From Octopus sinensis (taxonomy: Eukaryota), in NCBI RefSeq assembly GCF_006345805.1, contig NC_043011.1, positions 28,160,464 to 28,224,463 on the forward strand: a DNA stretch of 64,000 nucleotides, given 5' to 3'. Made by a program: the position numbers and the translations under genes. The notes below the pieces were generated by a model. It saw only the letters and a list, made by a program, of their open reading frames with translations, searched no databases and was not told the origin of the DNA. Numbering within the stretch: the stretch's first letter is position 1; every line of letters begins with the position of its first letter. Shown here one piece after another: positions 1-13,765 of the stretch.

Positions 1-289
1 CTTTTTCTTTGCACCGGTTAAGATTGTTGCCAGCAGAATTTAGTAACAGAGAAATTAATACTACGGGTCTAACGTTTTGATTAATGATATCTTCAATGGC
101 GCCTTAAAGTTATCCTTTTCGTCAGAAAGCAGCATTTGCTCGTCTCCTTTGGTTTTGAAAGGCGCCGTAATAGATGTTTTTAAGTTATTGGTTGCCGTTA
201 CAGCATCCTGTGAGAGCCGAATCTGATTATCGATTAGAGAGATTATATTTTCAGAGAAATGATAATCTCGTTTGGAATAATATACAAGG

Positions 290-625
290 GTAGCAATTTT
301 GGAAGAAGGGATGAGTCGATTACATCAACCTCGAAACGATGAAAAGTAAACTCGACCTCAGCAGAATTTGGACGCAGAACGTAAAGACAGACGAAATACC
401 TATTTCTTTACTAAACACAGAGAGGACAAACAAGGACAGACAAACGGATTAAGTCCATTATAACGACCCCAGTGCGTGACTGGTACTTAATTAATCGACC
501 CCGAAAGGATGAAAGGCAAAGTCGACCTCGGCAGAATTTGAACTCAGAACGTAAAGACAGACGAAATACGGCTACGCATTTCGCCCGGCGTGCTAACAAT
601 TCTGCTAGCTCACCGCTCTTCTTAT
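290..625 (-). mobile_element. SINE family D, two fused units (full-head unit plus headless unit)
   Basis: Reverse complement of GAGCTGGCAG..GCACGCCGGGCGAAATGCGTAGCCGTATTTCGTC..GAGTTCAAATTC (B-box-like); junction AGACGAAATACCTATTTCTTTACT near 400. Confidence 0.85.
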
Positions 626-2684
626 CACATAATCTACAATGCAGATAAATTCAGTAAACCGTCGTATTAGGTTTATACTCGAGTTTCACGAATTTCCATC
701 CAAATATACATGCGTCTCTTTTTTAATTAGATTTCTCTAATATGATTGCCTATAATTCGTTAGAAACACGCAATGCTCTGTGTAAGACGGCTGAACTAAA
801 GCAATTTATCCGTGTGGTTCGAAAGCGAAAAAATACTGCATAATCGGAAAGCAACATAACATATTTATATGAGCTACGTTAGTCTGTAGGAATAAACATT
901 TTATAAGAAAATATTTTGTTAATTAATTGATTTTAAGCTGGCAGCTGTAAGTTTTCGCGGAAGTGAATTTATTTCTAGTTTGGGAGTATCGTCTTGTTAG
1001 CGTGATTTTTGTTAGTACTTTTAATTTACTGTAAAGCGAGTGAGTCACTTGGCTGAAATATTTAAGTTTCGATGTACAAAAGAATAAAGAAACTCTATAA
1101 CAGATGATTTAAGCGTATAGTGTCTTGTAATTACGGATTTATATGTGTCAATAGACTTCGGGATATAATAGATCTATTTTTAACATGGGCTCAGAGCAAA
1201 TTCTCAAGTTTGGTTGTAAGCCACTCAATTTATCTTCAACAAACGAATAATCGCTCTATGAGATGATGTAATACTAAGAATACTGTTAAGTAGGAATCAT
1301 AGACCGAGGTAGCTTATTTGATCGCTGACCAATATTTATTGATTAATGCATTTACTTTAACTGGTCCATCAATGTTATAATTTTCTAAAATGTGGACAGC
1401 ATTCTTAGATTACCCAAAACTAATTCAGAGGCAATGTCGGAACTAATCGAATTAACAAGAGTTTCTTTTATAAACTTTCGGTGAACTACTGACTCAAAGC
1501 ATACATTTTAATACAGAAATTATATAGGTAAGTGTCGCAGGCTAAAACATGTTTTCTTGGTTCAAGAGAAGTGGGGAATGCTTTTATTTCGTTCTTACAA
1601 ATACAACGAGCCGTTAATAAAAGCTGCGAAATGTCGAACGAACTGTTGGGATTTATCGATTCCTTCAGATCGTGTTATATTTTCCATACTGGTGATTGTA
1701 ATTAGTAAATTTAAATTGAAGAAATACCCAAAATGTAAGTCAATTTAAACATGCTTTGACCCACTATATATTATGTAACTTCTATGAAAAGGACTCTCAA
1801 GAATAAGCAGCTTATAAAGTATTAGTGATAGGAGTAGCAATGCCTAGCAACTGCGTGAACAGCAACAATAGCACCTGTAGAATCTTATAGAGAACAAACC
1901 ACGTCTCTTCTTATAATAGCGTGAAATTAAAGCAGCTACAGATAGCACGTTCACTTTATTTTGTTTTACATACTCATTCGGTTTCAGTTGATTTATAGAT
2001 TTTTGTACTCGTTATTCCATTGATACTGGGTTTTTTTCCCTTTCTCTTCACTGTTATTTGCATTTTCACATTAAAACATTAGTATTATTCTCCTCAATGA
2101 TCACAATAGTTCGCAAATGCTTACTTTTGTTTGCTTGTGTCTATTTCTGAATCTTAACCGTGCATTAATGAAACTTCTATAAATCTCTGTGTTTTTATAT
2201 ACTGGAAAATTGCCACTTCGATAGTATCAATCAAATTATCGGTTGTCAAGATGTTGTACCTAGACAAAATCAACGGTCAGAATGTTTTGTTTGCTCTTCA
2301 CTGATGAATTCATATATAAATATATAGATATACATTCTGGTATACAGTACATACTCAGATGTGTTCGCCCACTAGTCTCCCTTGCAACTATGCATGCATA
2401 AAATTATCCATACGTAAAAGTCTAAGTGAAATCTGGAAAGATTTAGGCTTTCAGAAAAAAAAAATCAACCAAATAATGAATGCATTACAAAGTAGAGGTT
2501 CAGGCTATAAAAATATACAATACTGTTTTCGAGTTAGGAATGCAAATATTTGTTTCATTATTCATATTCCAATGATGGAACTTTGCATATTTGTTTGAAA
2601 GCACTTTCTCCCTTCTACGAAGTCATCATGTAATATAAAAAGTAGAAGAGAATATATATACATTCAAATTTATCGTAATACGTA

Positions 2685-2997
2685 TAAATATATCATAAAC
2701 AGTTATAGAAAAATGGAGGAGAAAAAGATGTTGCATCAACATTAGATTTAATACAAATTAGGATTCAATTCATACGCGTGTTTCAAAGGACAATACAAAT
2801 ATGTAACAAAAAATTATAATCATAGTAATTATAATTAAATTTAATATTCTAATTACTATGATTATAATTTTCTTCTTACATATTTCTATTGTCCTTTGAA
2901 ACGCGCGTATGTATTGAAATCTAATTTGTATTAAATCTAATTTTGATGCAACATCCTTTTCTCCTCCATTTTTCTATTATTGTTTATGATATATTTA
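2685..2997. repeat. Imperfect fold-back palindrome of about 310 bp
   Basis: TAAATATATCATAAAC..GGAGGAGAAAAAGATGTTGCATCAA mirrored by TTGATGCAACATCCTTTTCTCCTCC..GTTTATGATATATTTA; centre near 2841. Confidence 0.9.
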
Positions 2998-3617
2998 CAT
3001 CTATAGCGATATTTTCAACTACTATTTTCATATCCTTATTACTTACTCTGGTTGTTTTTTTTATGAATATGATGAATCTTTATTAGAAATCATTCTTTCT
3101 CTCTTTTTGGACCTCTCAAAAAGTTTCTGTTGTTCTTTTTTAAATTTATTTTCTCCTACATACAAATTTAAATATTTCTTAATATCAAATACAAGATTTA
3201 CACATACATAGGCGCTAACATTTCTGCGTATACTCCTAAGACATGCAGACCAGTAAGATCATTAGATAATGTTTGCATGCACAAAATAACACATATGCAT
3301 ATGCGGTATACATATTTACAGCTATACCCGTCTACGTTACTAAAATTCAATTAATTCAAACTTATGCACAATTATAAACATTAACAACTACGTACCTATA
3401 CATATACATACATAGATACACAGACACATATATATGCATATATATATACAAATGTATTCATATGATAGATATATGTATATATACACACACATATATATAC
3501 ATACACCCACACCCATACCAACACTCACAAACACACACGCACACATACACGTGCGCACACACGCACACACAGATACCCATATATATAAATATATGACATA
3601 AATACATACATATATGC

Positions 3618-3653
<36 letters not shown>

Positions 3654-3700
3654 TATACAAATAAATATATGTGTATGTGTGTGTGTGTGTGTGTGTGTGT

Positions 3701-3950
3701 AGGTGCGTGGCTTAGTGGCTAGGGTGTCAACATCATGATCGTAAGATTGTGGTTTCGGTTCCTGGACCGGGCGACGCGTTGTGTTCTTGAGCAAAACACT
3801 TTATTTCACGTTGCTCCAGTCCATTCAGCTGGCAAAAATGAGTAACGCTGCGATGGACTGGCGTTCCGTCCTGCTGAGGAACACTTACGTCATAGAAACC
3901 GGGAAACCGGGCCCATGATCCTGGCTAGGCTTTAAAAGGACGCATGTATT
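3701..3950 (+). mobile_element. tRNA-derived SINE family B
   Basis: GGTGCGTGGCTTAGTGG (A box), GGTTTCGGTTCCTGG (B box), TGTTCTTGAGCAAAACACTT; homologous to the 52724 copy. Confidence 0.8.
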
Positions 3951-3954
3951 TATT

Positions 3955-4012
<58 letters not shown>

Positions 4013-4121
4013 CATACATACATATATATAAATTTAAAATAAGCAGAAAATGGAGAAAACTTTTGATCAACAAGAAATTGACCAACATCGGTTAATTATT
4101 TTTAGTATGGAATGTTACCGT

Positions 4122-4231
4122 TGCTTACGGCCGTTTCAGCCACGAAAGAAATTTTTGACAGAAATTTCTGAAAATAATATTCGTCATCTTTATAAAACAT
4201 CCGTTCTAGTACATGGACCTTCATCAGAGTG
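4122..4231 (-). ncRNA. Degenerate minimal type-I hammerhead ribozyme motif
   Basis: Minus strand CTGATGA-AGGTCCATG...CGTGGCT-GAAAC-GGCC-GTA; ACGGCCGT is a perfect palindrome; helix I only 2 bp. Confidence 0.5.
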
Positions 4232-5726
4232 AATACGAATACATAAAATAAAAGATGAGAAGAGGGAAGTGGAAGGAATAGTGCCTCGAGATAAGGAAAG
4301 AAGGCTTAATGAATTAGAATTATACCATTTTGAAGTGTAACGCTTGAAATCGATGGGAGAAATAGTAAACCAGCAAATAATCTAGAAAAATAATTGGTGG
4401 TTTAATATTTTCTTAGGGGTACCAGGGTGTATAAATAATAATAAAATAAAACTAGTACTTAAGTATAACAGGAATCGCCAATAAGTCTCGAAAAAGGATA
4501 GTACTTGTGCTTTCATAAATAGAACTAATTAATATTTATCCAAAAACATACGCGTAAATTCTTTATAATAGTGTACTTACTGAAATATTCTAGAGACCAA
4601 CCACCTGTTGTCCGTTATGGAATCGACCAAAGCCCAGCCATCTCTACAATTGGTCAGTTATATTTAAAACCACGGGAAAGCTAAGACCGTTAGAGGGTTA
4701 GAAGGGAATAAAAAAAGTAACTAAATCAGTAAATAAAAGGCGTAGGGGAGCAGCCTATATCATAAGTGGCACGAGGCCGCTTGTGTCATTATACACAATC
4801 TGAACATAAATACGAGCAACCATACAGCAGTAACTTACTAACAGTTAAGAGGAGACTACTGTTAGGGGAGGTGATTGCTAGTGCATTTACTTTCGAATTA
4901 TAATGCTAAATCTAACATTAAAATAGCCAGCATATTTCCACATGGTGGTTATACTAGACGAACAAGTAAATGTCTAAACGTTCTGAGTGCATTCTGCCTA
5001 TTCGACCTACGAGAGGGCAAAAGTACCAAGCAACAAAACAGTTAAATTATTACAAGTTAAATCACTTGCTAATTACTAACATGGCTACTAATTCAGGGTC
5101 CTACTACAGTTTCCTAAATTTTTATATGATATTTTATTATTAATATTAAATTATTCATATTACTAAACTTTTCGTTATATTAACCCTTACGTGGGTGCAG
5201 CCACATGGGGTCTACCACAAAATTTCACTTCCATTCATACACAATATTCCTAGGGGTAATAATAGCTCATAGGAAGGCATCTAGTACAGTGCCAATTACA
5301 AACAAATACAATCAAGAGTGGTGTGCAATTAATATTAAGTTGTTAAAATTAATTTATGTTCTACGAGGGGTAGGTCTAATTGGGTCAACAATAAATGGAG
5401 GTAGACCAGAATGCTGGCTGAAAATTAGGTGAAGGCTGAAGCTAGTAAAAGCAAGCTAACCCATGGCGTAAAAGGTTCAGTTAAGTAAAATCGGAACACC
5501 CATAAGGGACCCAGGTGTGTAATAGTATTAAGCTAGATTTAATTTAGGAGTTAATATATGCCCTCATTCAATATCGCGAACTACTATTCCTGTGGTGAAT
5601 GGCTCTGGGTGCTATTTGTGGGGATGATGCAAAGGATCTCTAATGCTATTTATATTGAGCGAAGGTAAACTTACCCTTGTGCAAGCAAGCAAGGTTTCTC
5701 TCTTCCTACAAGTTAAGTAATATATT

Positions 5727-5782
<56 letters not shown>

Positions 5783-6247
5783 AATGCATGACATAGCGAC
5801 GTGTCAGCTGCACTCACGATCACAAGACCATGGTTTCAACTCCTAGAACGGGCGGTGCGTTGTGCTCCTGAGCATATCAGGTTGCTCTGCGAGCACTTCG
5901 ACACCTGACTGGCAGCACACCGTGCATCTTTTCTCTCTGTCTCTCTCTCCTTCCCCCTCTCTGCCTGTCTGTTTGGCTCTCTCCCTCTCCCCTTCTCTCT
6001 CTCTCTCTCGCTTTATCTCTCTTTCTTCACATCTGTAGTGGGTTCCGTATTGATTGATATCTCTTGAGGACACTTATTTGTTTTATATATTGGAAACTTT
6101 TCTTTAAAGTTTCACTAGCATAAGCTGGTGAGTGAATTTATGGTTAAATAAGCTGTCATCTATTATAGCTCCATTGAATAAATTTCTAATGAAACAATTG
6201 TCGCGATTCTTCTGTTACATAGATACATACCTACATACGTACATACA

Positions 6248-6283
<36 letters not shown>

Positions 6284-7447
6284 TATATAATATATATATA
6301 TATATACATACATATATACATATATATACATATATATATATATATGCATGTGTGTATGCATGTGTGTGTATATATGCAGGTGTTTATGATATAAGCTATT
6401 ACGCCGTTGTATTCTAATGCCGGTGTGTGATATGAAGACCCCTTGTTGCTTATCATTACATTCAGTCGACTTATCATTTCAATCACGCTGAGGTCAATAA
6501 ATACTATACAAATTATCGGAATCGATATAATTGATAAATCGCATGAAGATCCACCGTCCTATCACCGTAAGTAGTAATAAAGTAAAAGTATTCGAATGCA
6601 CACACTATTCCTGCTGTACAGAACATTATAATCAGCAATGTCACAAGGGTACTATTATTCTTAAGTAACTCTACGTGTGTGCGAGCCTGTAAATACTTCC
6701 ATACTGCCCTATCTTTGCTCTGTAACTAATTTAATATTCTGTTTAATTCCAGTTTCACCAAGCATATGACATGAGCTGACTCTCTTATTTAATAACCCGG
6801 TAATTTCCCATAAAGAAAAACATTTCGAAAAAAATAAAACTAAACGTAATTTTCTTTAGCTTAGTAAACATTGATGTCTGAAATTGATCTTCGTACAAGA
6901 CTGGACGCTCATAGAGGCGTTCGATTAATCAATCAATCGATGATTCAATTAATTCAACAGATATTTCAAAACAATGACAGCTAATTTTATGCTGGATTGA
7001 TTTATAAACAGAAACGGGAACAGCAGAGCAGTAATTTTATTTCCATGTTGTCCCAGCCGGCTAGCACAGACTTAACAGTTGGTATGAGATTACGAAAATA
7101 GACTGCAGCTCTACAAGACAGCAGAAGCGGGAAGGAAATGTTGAAGATAAGATAATGACCAATTTTCAGATTTTAATATATCTTATATTGTTGGTTTTAT
7201 TTAGATAGAAATCTGTATTAATATCAGCAATATATGTATCAATATTAGCAACATAAACAATAGGTTATCGAACCATCTGCATTGTGGCCCCTTTATGCGC
7301 TAAAAATAGAGACTGAATTCATCTAAAGGACAAATACTTAGAGTATAATGGTTTAGGATACGAGCGGAATGTCTTAAAGTATGAATCAAAGTTCATAATG
7401 AATGATATATTTAAAAGCATTAACCTGAGACTTAAGCAAATCCTGTT

Positions 7448-7463
7448 AAACACACACACGCAG

Positions 7464-7515
<52 letters not shown>

Positions 7516-7528
7516 CACACACACACCA

Positions 7529-7559
<31 letters not shown>

Positions 7560-7632
7560 CCACACACACACACACACACACCTATACACACATACAGACA
7601 CACACACACGTCACACACACATATATATATAC
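7448..7632. repeat. (CA)n microsatellite
   Basis: Direct observation. Confidence 0.95.
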
Positions 7633-7637
7633 ATGTA

Positions 7638-8008
7638 TACTCTTACTCTTTATTCTTTTACTTGCTTCACTCATTTGACTACGGTCATGCTAGAGCACCG
7701 CCTTTAGTCGAGCAAATCGACCCCAGGACTTATTATTTGTAAGCCCAGTACTTATTCTCTCGGTCTCTTATGCCGAACCGTAGCTTACGGGGACGTAAAC
7801 ACACCCCCATCGGTTGTCAAGCGATGTTGGGGGGACAGACACAGACACACAAACACACACACACATATACATATATACGACGGGCTTCTTTCAGTTTCCG
7901 TTTACCAAATCCACAAGGCTCTGAGATCATGGTGCCACGCAGTGGAACTGAACCCGGAATCATATGGCTGGTAAGCAAGCTACTTATCACGCTGCCACTC
8001 CTACGCCT
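7638..8008 (-). mobile_element. tRNA-derived SINE family C (internal GT/TA microsatellite)
   Basis: Reverse complement of the 14952 copy; shares TTTAGTCGAGCAAATCGACCCCAGGACTTATT and CCGAACCG.AGCTTACGGGGACGTAAACACAC. Confidence 0.9.
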
Positions 8009-8017
8009 ATGTATATG

Positions 8018-8092
<75 letters not shown>

Positions 8093-8443
8093 TAATAATA
8101 GTATAGGGTAAAATTTATTAATTGATTAATTGATTAATTAATAATTAATAATTTTACAAAGTAGTCAGCATGCTAAAAAACCTTTATACATTTATATATG
8201 TATACATACATGTATGTATATATACATGTACATATTATATGTACATTCTCTCTCTGTTTATTTTCTTTTATTCCTTTCTGTTGTGGAACGTAGACTCGAA
8301 ACAGAAGACTGCTTTTCATTTTCAAGAGCGTCAAACTAACACACTTGATTATTGTTCATACACCTGTCTTCGTCATTTGTTTTTCTATAAGTTTTGATTA
8401 TATATACATACATACACATACACACACACACACATATATATAT

Positions 8444-8492
<49 letters not shown>

Positions 8493-9831
8493 ATAACAAA
8501 ATAATAAATAAAACATATGCATATATACATACATATATGTACGTACCTACATCTATATGTATATATATGTATGTATATATACACACGCTGACAGACCCAA
8601 CGTTGAACCCTTTATTCGCAATATTACAGAATCGGGAACTTACTTATGGTCTGTCTATAGAACTTATTCAACATTACCTGGCACCTTTGGGTCTCAATGA
8701 CACCATCATCTCTTATAACCTCAACAGATATATATATATTTATATAGGTATGCATATATGTACATATATCTATATACATACATACATACATACATACATA
8801 CATACATACATACATACATGCATACATACATACATACATACATACATACATACACGCATACATACATACATAGGCTCACACATGCACATATATTGTATGA
8901 TATCATTGACCAGTTGATAACAGCTACGTGTGTCTGTATGCTGAATATACATGCTTGTGACTAGAGAATGTATGTAGGTAGATGTGTATGTAAGCATGTA
9001 AGCATGCATGCATGTATGTATGTATGTATGTATGTATTATGTATGTATGTATGTATGTATGTATGTATGGGGTATGTGCATCTAGATACATATATATGTG
9101 CCCGTGTGTATGCGCGTGTGTGTATGCGCGTGTGTGTATGCGCGCGTGTGTATGCACACGTGTGTATGCGCGCGTGTGTATGCGCGCGTGTGTTTGTGTA
9201 TGTGTGGGACATGTGTATCTAGGTATAGATATGTGTGCGTATTTCTGCGTGTACCTATTTTTTATGTTTGTACATGATGGATATATGCGTATATATACAT
9301 AGCGGTTTTATCCATGTGTACGTGTATGCGTGTGTGTACATATATGCGTGTATGTGTATAGTTGTACATTTATATAATCACTACTTTCTGATCGATTATC
9401 AACACCGATAAATGTCGATATTTAAAATGGAAAATTCTTGACAGCCGATATGGTGCCAGTGCTGTGTTAGTGGGAAAAACATTGTTTTATTGAATAAATA
9501 CAAATCTTAATTAGATCTGAATTGAGTTAAGTAAATGATTTAGCTGAGCGTAGAATCTAACGGAAGTGCTGACTTAACTTGCAATGAAATGAAATCCAAA
9601 CAACAACGATGATATGTAGCTCGTGTAACTATGATTTTTAACTCTGACATAAAGGCCAGAAACATTTAGAGAGGAAACAATTAATTGAAGCTGCAGAAGT
9701 TCTTTACTGGTACTTCTTTATATATCAACAAGCGCATATAAGGCTGAATATCATCTCAGAAGATATATGTGTGTGTGTGTCCATGTGTGTATGTATGTAT
9801 GTATGTATGTATATATGTATATATATGTATA

Positions 9832-9909
<78 letters not shown>

Positions 9910-9910
9910 G

Positions 9911-10470
9911 AGGGAGAGCGCAGTGCATGCCATCAAAGGGACACTGGGGTAAAATATACGAAGCCCAGTATACCCATCATGACTGCCCGTCTGATAAGGG
10001 TACACCAGGCACATGCTTCACAAACATTTGTGCGCGACATGGTGATCTCATATCACGATAAACAGCACATGACCTTGCAGGTGGTGCTCAGATAGAATTT
10101 TCTTCTGGTCGAGTAGCCCATCCCGCTCAAAAGGTCCCTGAATAAGGGTTGTTTAAGGATGTTGAACGAAACAAACCATGTTTCCAGAAATGAATTATCC
10201 TAACCCCAAAGAATCCCTCTCAACACACGGCTATGATGCTCCCCCCACTACTTCTGCTCGTGGTCAGAGATGCACATATCGTCAGCCACTAAGGGACATG
10301 GTCAACGGGTTACGGTCAAACAACTGACAAGCAAATCTGTGGTATTGAGCATAATATTTGCTGTAGCCCATCTTTTATACCAAAACAAAACATTGTACAT
10401 GATGACACTTCCAGTCAGTTAAGATCAGAAGCCAAGAGAGCCACTGCCTGCTACTGCATCAGGGCATCAT
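9911..10470 (-). mobile_element. Non-coding interspersed element flanked by (TTA)n and (CAT)n/(TTA)n arrays
   Basis: About 560 bp of complex sequence between triplet arrays; on the minus strand it ends ...CTCTCCCTC-AATAATAAT; no convincing ORF. Strand is inferred. Confidence 0.55.
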
Positions 10471-10565
10471 CATCATCATCATCATCACCATCACCATCAC
10501 CATCACCATCACCATCATCATCATCATCATTATTATTATGATTATTATCATCATCATCATCATCA

Positions 10566-10614
<49 letters not shown>

Positions 10615-10621
10615 GATTATG

Positions 10622-10661
<40 letters not shown>

Positions 10662-10703
10662 CTATTATTATTACTATTATTACTATTGTTGTTGTTGTTT
10701 TTG

Positions 10704-10745
<42 letters not shown>
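10466..10745. repeat. Compound (CAT)n/(CAC)/(TTA)n/(GTT)n trinucleotide array
   Basis: Direct observation. Confidence 0.95.
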
Positions 10746-10746
<1 letters not shown>

Positions 10747-10747
10747 A

Positions 10748-11330
10748 GTGGCTAGTCGCAATTTAAAACCAAAAGGCACAAGTGCAATCGTCACTAAACG
10801 ATTAAGTGTGCAAATCAGTACCAACATTGTTAGACTTAATAGTCAAATGAACTCTTAGCCATGAACAGAGCATTTTCTGCTCATCAAAACACTGTCGACT
10901 GACTGACAAGGGAGACAACTTCCCTGTAGCAAGTGGGGGCAGGGAGCAGATCATTTGTGATTTCGGACAGAATTAATTCTCATCTGTGACTCTACTCCGA
11001 TGCTTAGGGTTAAGCTAACTAGACTTTTCACATTATAGAAAATACCATAGAAATCAGTGGCTGTTTCAGTAAAACGGTAAAGCGGAAATTATAAAATATT
11101 CATGTGGCTAGTCACAATTTAAGGCACAAGTGCAAAAATAAAGTCACTAAAAAAGTCAGCACCAGTAACTTTTGCCACAAACAGAGCGTTTCTGTTCAAG
11201 AAAGCACTATCTTTTAAATGGCAAGGGAGACAACCTCCCTTCAGTGAGCGAGGTCGCCAGATCACTGGTATTTGGGATAGTATTAATCTTCATCGCTAAC
11301 GATACTCCAATGAATAGGGTTAAGCTCGGT
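10748..11330 (+). repeat. Diverged direct tandem duplication (two units of about 230-270 bp)
   Basis: GTGGCTAGTC.CAATTTAA, GGCACAAGTGCAA, CAAGGGAGACAAC and TAGGGTTAAGCT occur in both 10748-11020 and 11104-11330. Confidence 0.8.
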
Positions 11331-11485
11331 TCAAAACGTCAGAAACAATAGTACACCTGTTTCTGACGTTTCAGGCCTACATTTTCGGACAGGAAGGATT
11401 GAGAGAAAAAATAATGGAGAGAGAACGGGGGAAAAAAACGAGAAAAAGAGGAATAGAAATTAACGGTTCAACGTGATATATATAT

Positions 11486-11528
<43 letters not shown>

Positions 11529-11554
11529 ATTATATATATATATATATAATATAT

Positions 11555-11586
<32 letters not shown>

Positions 11587-11653
11587 ATATATATATATAT
11601 ATACAATGTAGCTAAAAGCTGTATGATTTATATCATCATGTAATCACGTATTA

Positions 11654-11686
<33 letters not shown>

Positions 11687-11687
<1 letters not shown>

Positions 11688-12050
11688 CAGCAGATGACAA
11701 GTGTCTCTTAAAGAAATGGAGAAACTTTCAAAATACAAAGACCTGGAAATAGAGGAAACTAGAATGTGGAATCTAAAAACAGAAACAATTCATATCATAG
11801 TAGGTGCATTAGGTATGATTAAAATTAGGTATGATTAATATTCAGACAAATACATAACAAAAACACCAGGACTTACAAGCACATATAACATACAGAAAAT
11901 TGCACAACTAGGCACTGCACACACCCTACACAGAACACTTTCCATACAGTAACCATCAGAGCATCTGAACAAATCACAGCACAAACCTAAGGCACACAGA
12001 GCTGCGCTCGGTAGTGAAGTGAAAGCACGCTATAAAAATAAAACTGCTGA
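11687..12050 (+). mobile_element. 3' fragment of RLE-type (R4/Dong-like) LINE in a (TAA)n array
   Basis: Encodes VSLKEMEKLSKYKDLEIEETRMWNLKTETIHIIVGALGMIK; 3'UTR GAGCTGCGCTCGGTAGTGAAGTGAAAGC shared with the 29.8k and 55.0k copies; TAA repeats on both sides. Confidence 0.85.
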
Positions 12051-12071
12051 ATAATAATAATAATAATAATC

Positions 12072-12104
<33 letters not shown>

Positions 12105-12749
12105 TTAATAATAATCCCAAACACTAACGAAGCGGTAGCATCGCCAAAATAGTACACACACGCATATACCTGCCTATCTGTACGTTAAAATACTTTATGA
12201 ATCATAATTATACCTTAACTACATTAATAACACTGTAACTACAATTATAATGACTGTAGTACAATAAAAAATAGTAGAGGATAAATATTTACACGAATAA
12301 AGAATAAATTACTTCCAAATTAAGTGAATGTTTGCTGTAGATATGAAGTTGTGATCGACAATTTCATAAAACGAAATGGAAAATGGAGGAAGGTTTCTCA
12401 GAGTTTGACATTGATTAATTACAAAATGACTTCCTCATTGTATTCTCAACACGTGGATAATGGAATATTAGTCGTGTATTAGGTAACATTAAGAATAAGG
12501 AGGAGTATTAAATGTCTCATGAATAAATACCAGGCAATTATGTGAATACAAACAGCTGAAGTTACTTATGAGCCCCAAATCTGATCCATATTAAAAGCTG
12601 AAAATTCGAAAAGGACTCTGTCTTTCAGCTCCTATATCTGTATAACGTTAACACTTTTACTTAACATGTTAATCTACCGTCGGTTATGAGACACGACCAA
12701 CTATATTTCAAAACAGCGGACATCAATTTGAACGGCGGATATGGAAAAA

Positions 12750-13250
12750 CAAGATACACTGATGTATACAATACGTGGAGTCACTAGAGGAATTGATAAG
12801 ATATTCTGTTGATAAAATGGCGCCAAGTCAACTGTAAGAAGAAAATCAATATACACTACTGAAAAAGAATTCATGGTGATAAAGGAAGAGAGATATAAAA
12901 CAAATTATAGAGACTTAGCAGAGGAATATTTAGAAATAATAAACTACATGGAGCACAGCATACAGAAATAAAGTAAAGGTTGTGTAGTAATATTATTCAT
13001 TAGATTATTACCTAAAACCGACAGAAATGCAAATATAAGTTAAAAGAAACCAGCAATCAAGCTTTTCCAGTAATAAGTTATAGTTATAATATTCTCAACC
13101 GAACGCAAAGTGAATTACAGCGACTAGACAAGAAAACAATAAAATGACGACTGTATTTAGACTACATAGGTTGTAATCCGATGCAGATATATTGAATGTA
13201 CCACAAAACGCAAGGCTGTTTTTCCAACTAAAAATTATAAATTATCTCCT
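12750..13250 (+). pseudogene. Old decayed RLE-LINE RT C-terminal remnant
   Basis: AFPVISYSYNILNRTQSELQRLDKKTIK near 13065-13145 resembles the corresponding RT C-terminal segment of the 27-29 kb element. Confidence 0.45.
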
Positions 13251-13579
13251 GTACGATTACAGAACGTTTATAAAAGTAAGAATCTAATACAAAGAACAGG
13301 AAAACGAGGGCGAAATTGGTCCCTAGAGCAGTGTAAGAATGTTTAGAGTGACCTTTTTGAGAGTCCGTTAGATCTGTCATTTCAATGAATTTTAATTACC
13401 TTTTTCTGATGATATCTAAAGAGAAACAGCAATTTAACAAAACATATTAAATAACACTAATAATAAATCAAAAACCATTAAAATAAACAAGCTCTTGACA
13501 GTTTTATAGATGTTACAAAATTATGATGCTATGATGCTAAGTGTTTCTATTGTTTTGTCCAATCCCTGTATGTATGTAT

Positions 13580-13645
<66 letters not shown>

Positions 13646-13765
13646 AGAGTAAATAATTTCTATAATGGTTTTTAAAAAAGACCACAATTATTTACTGGTA
13701 GAATTCGGTATGTAAATATAGCCGATTAACGGTAGGAACTTCTGTAAAGTTCAGTATATATATTG

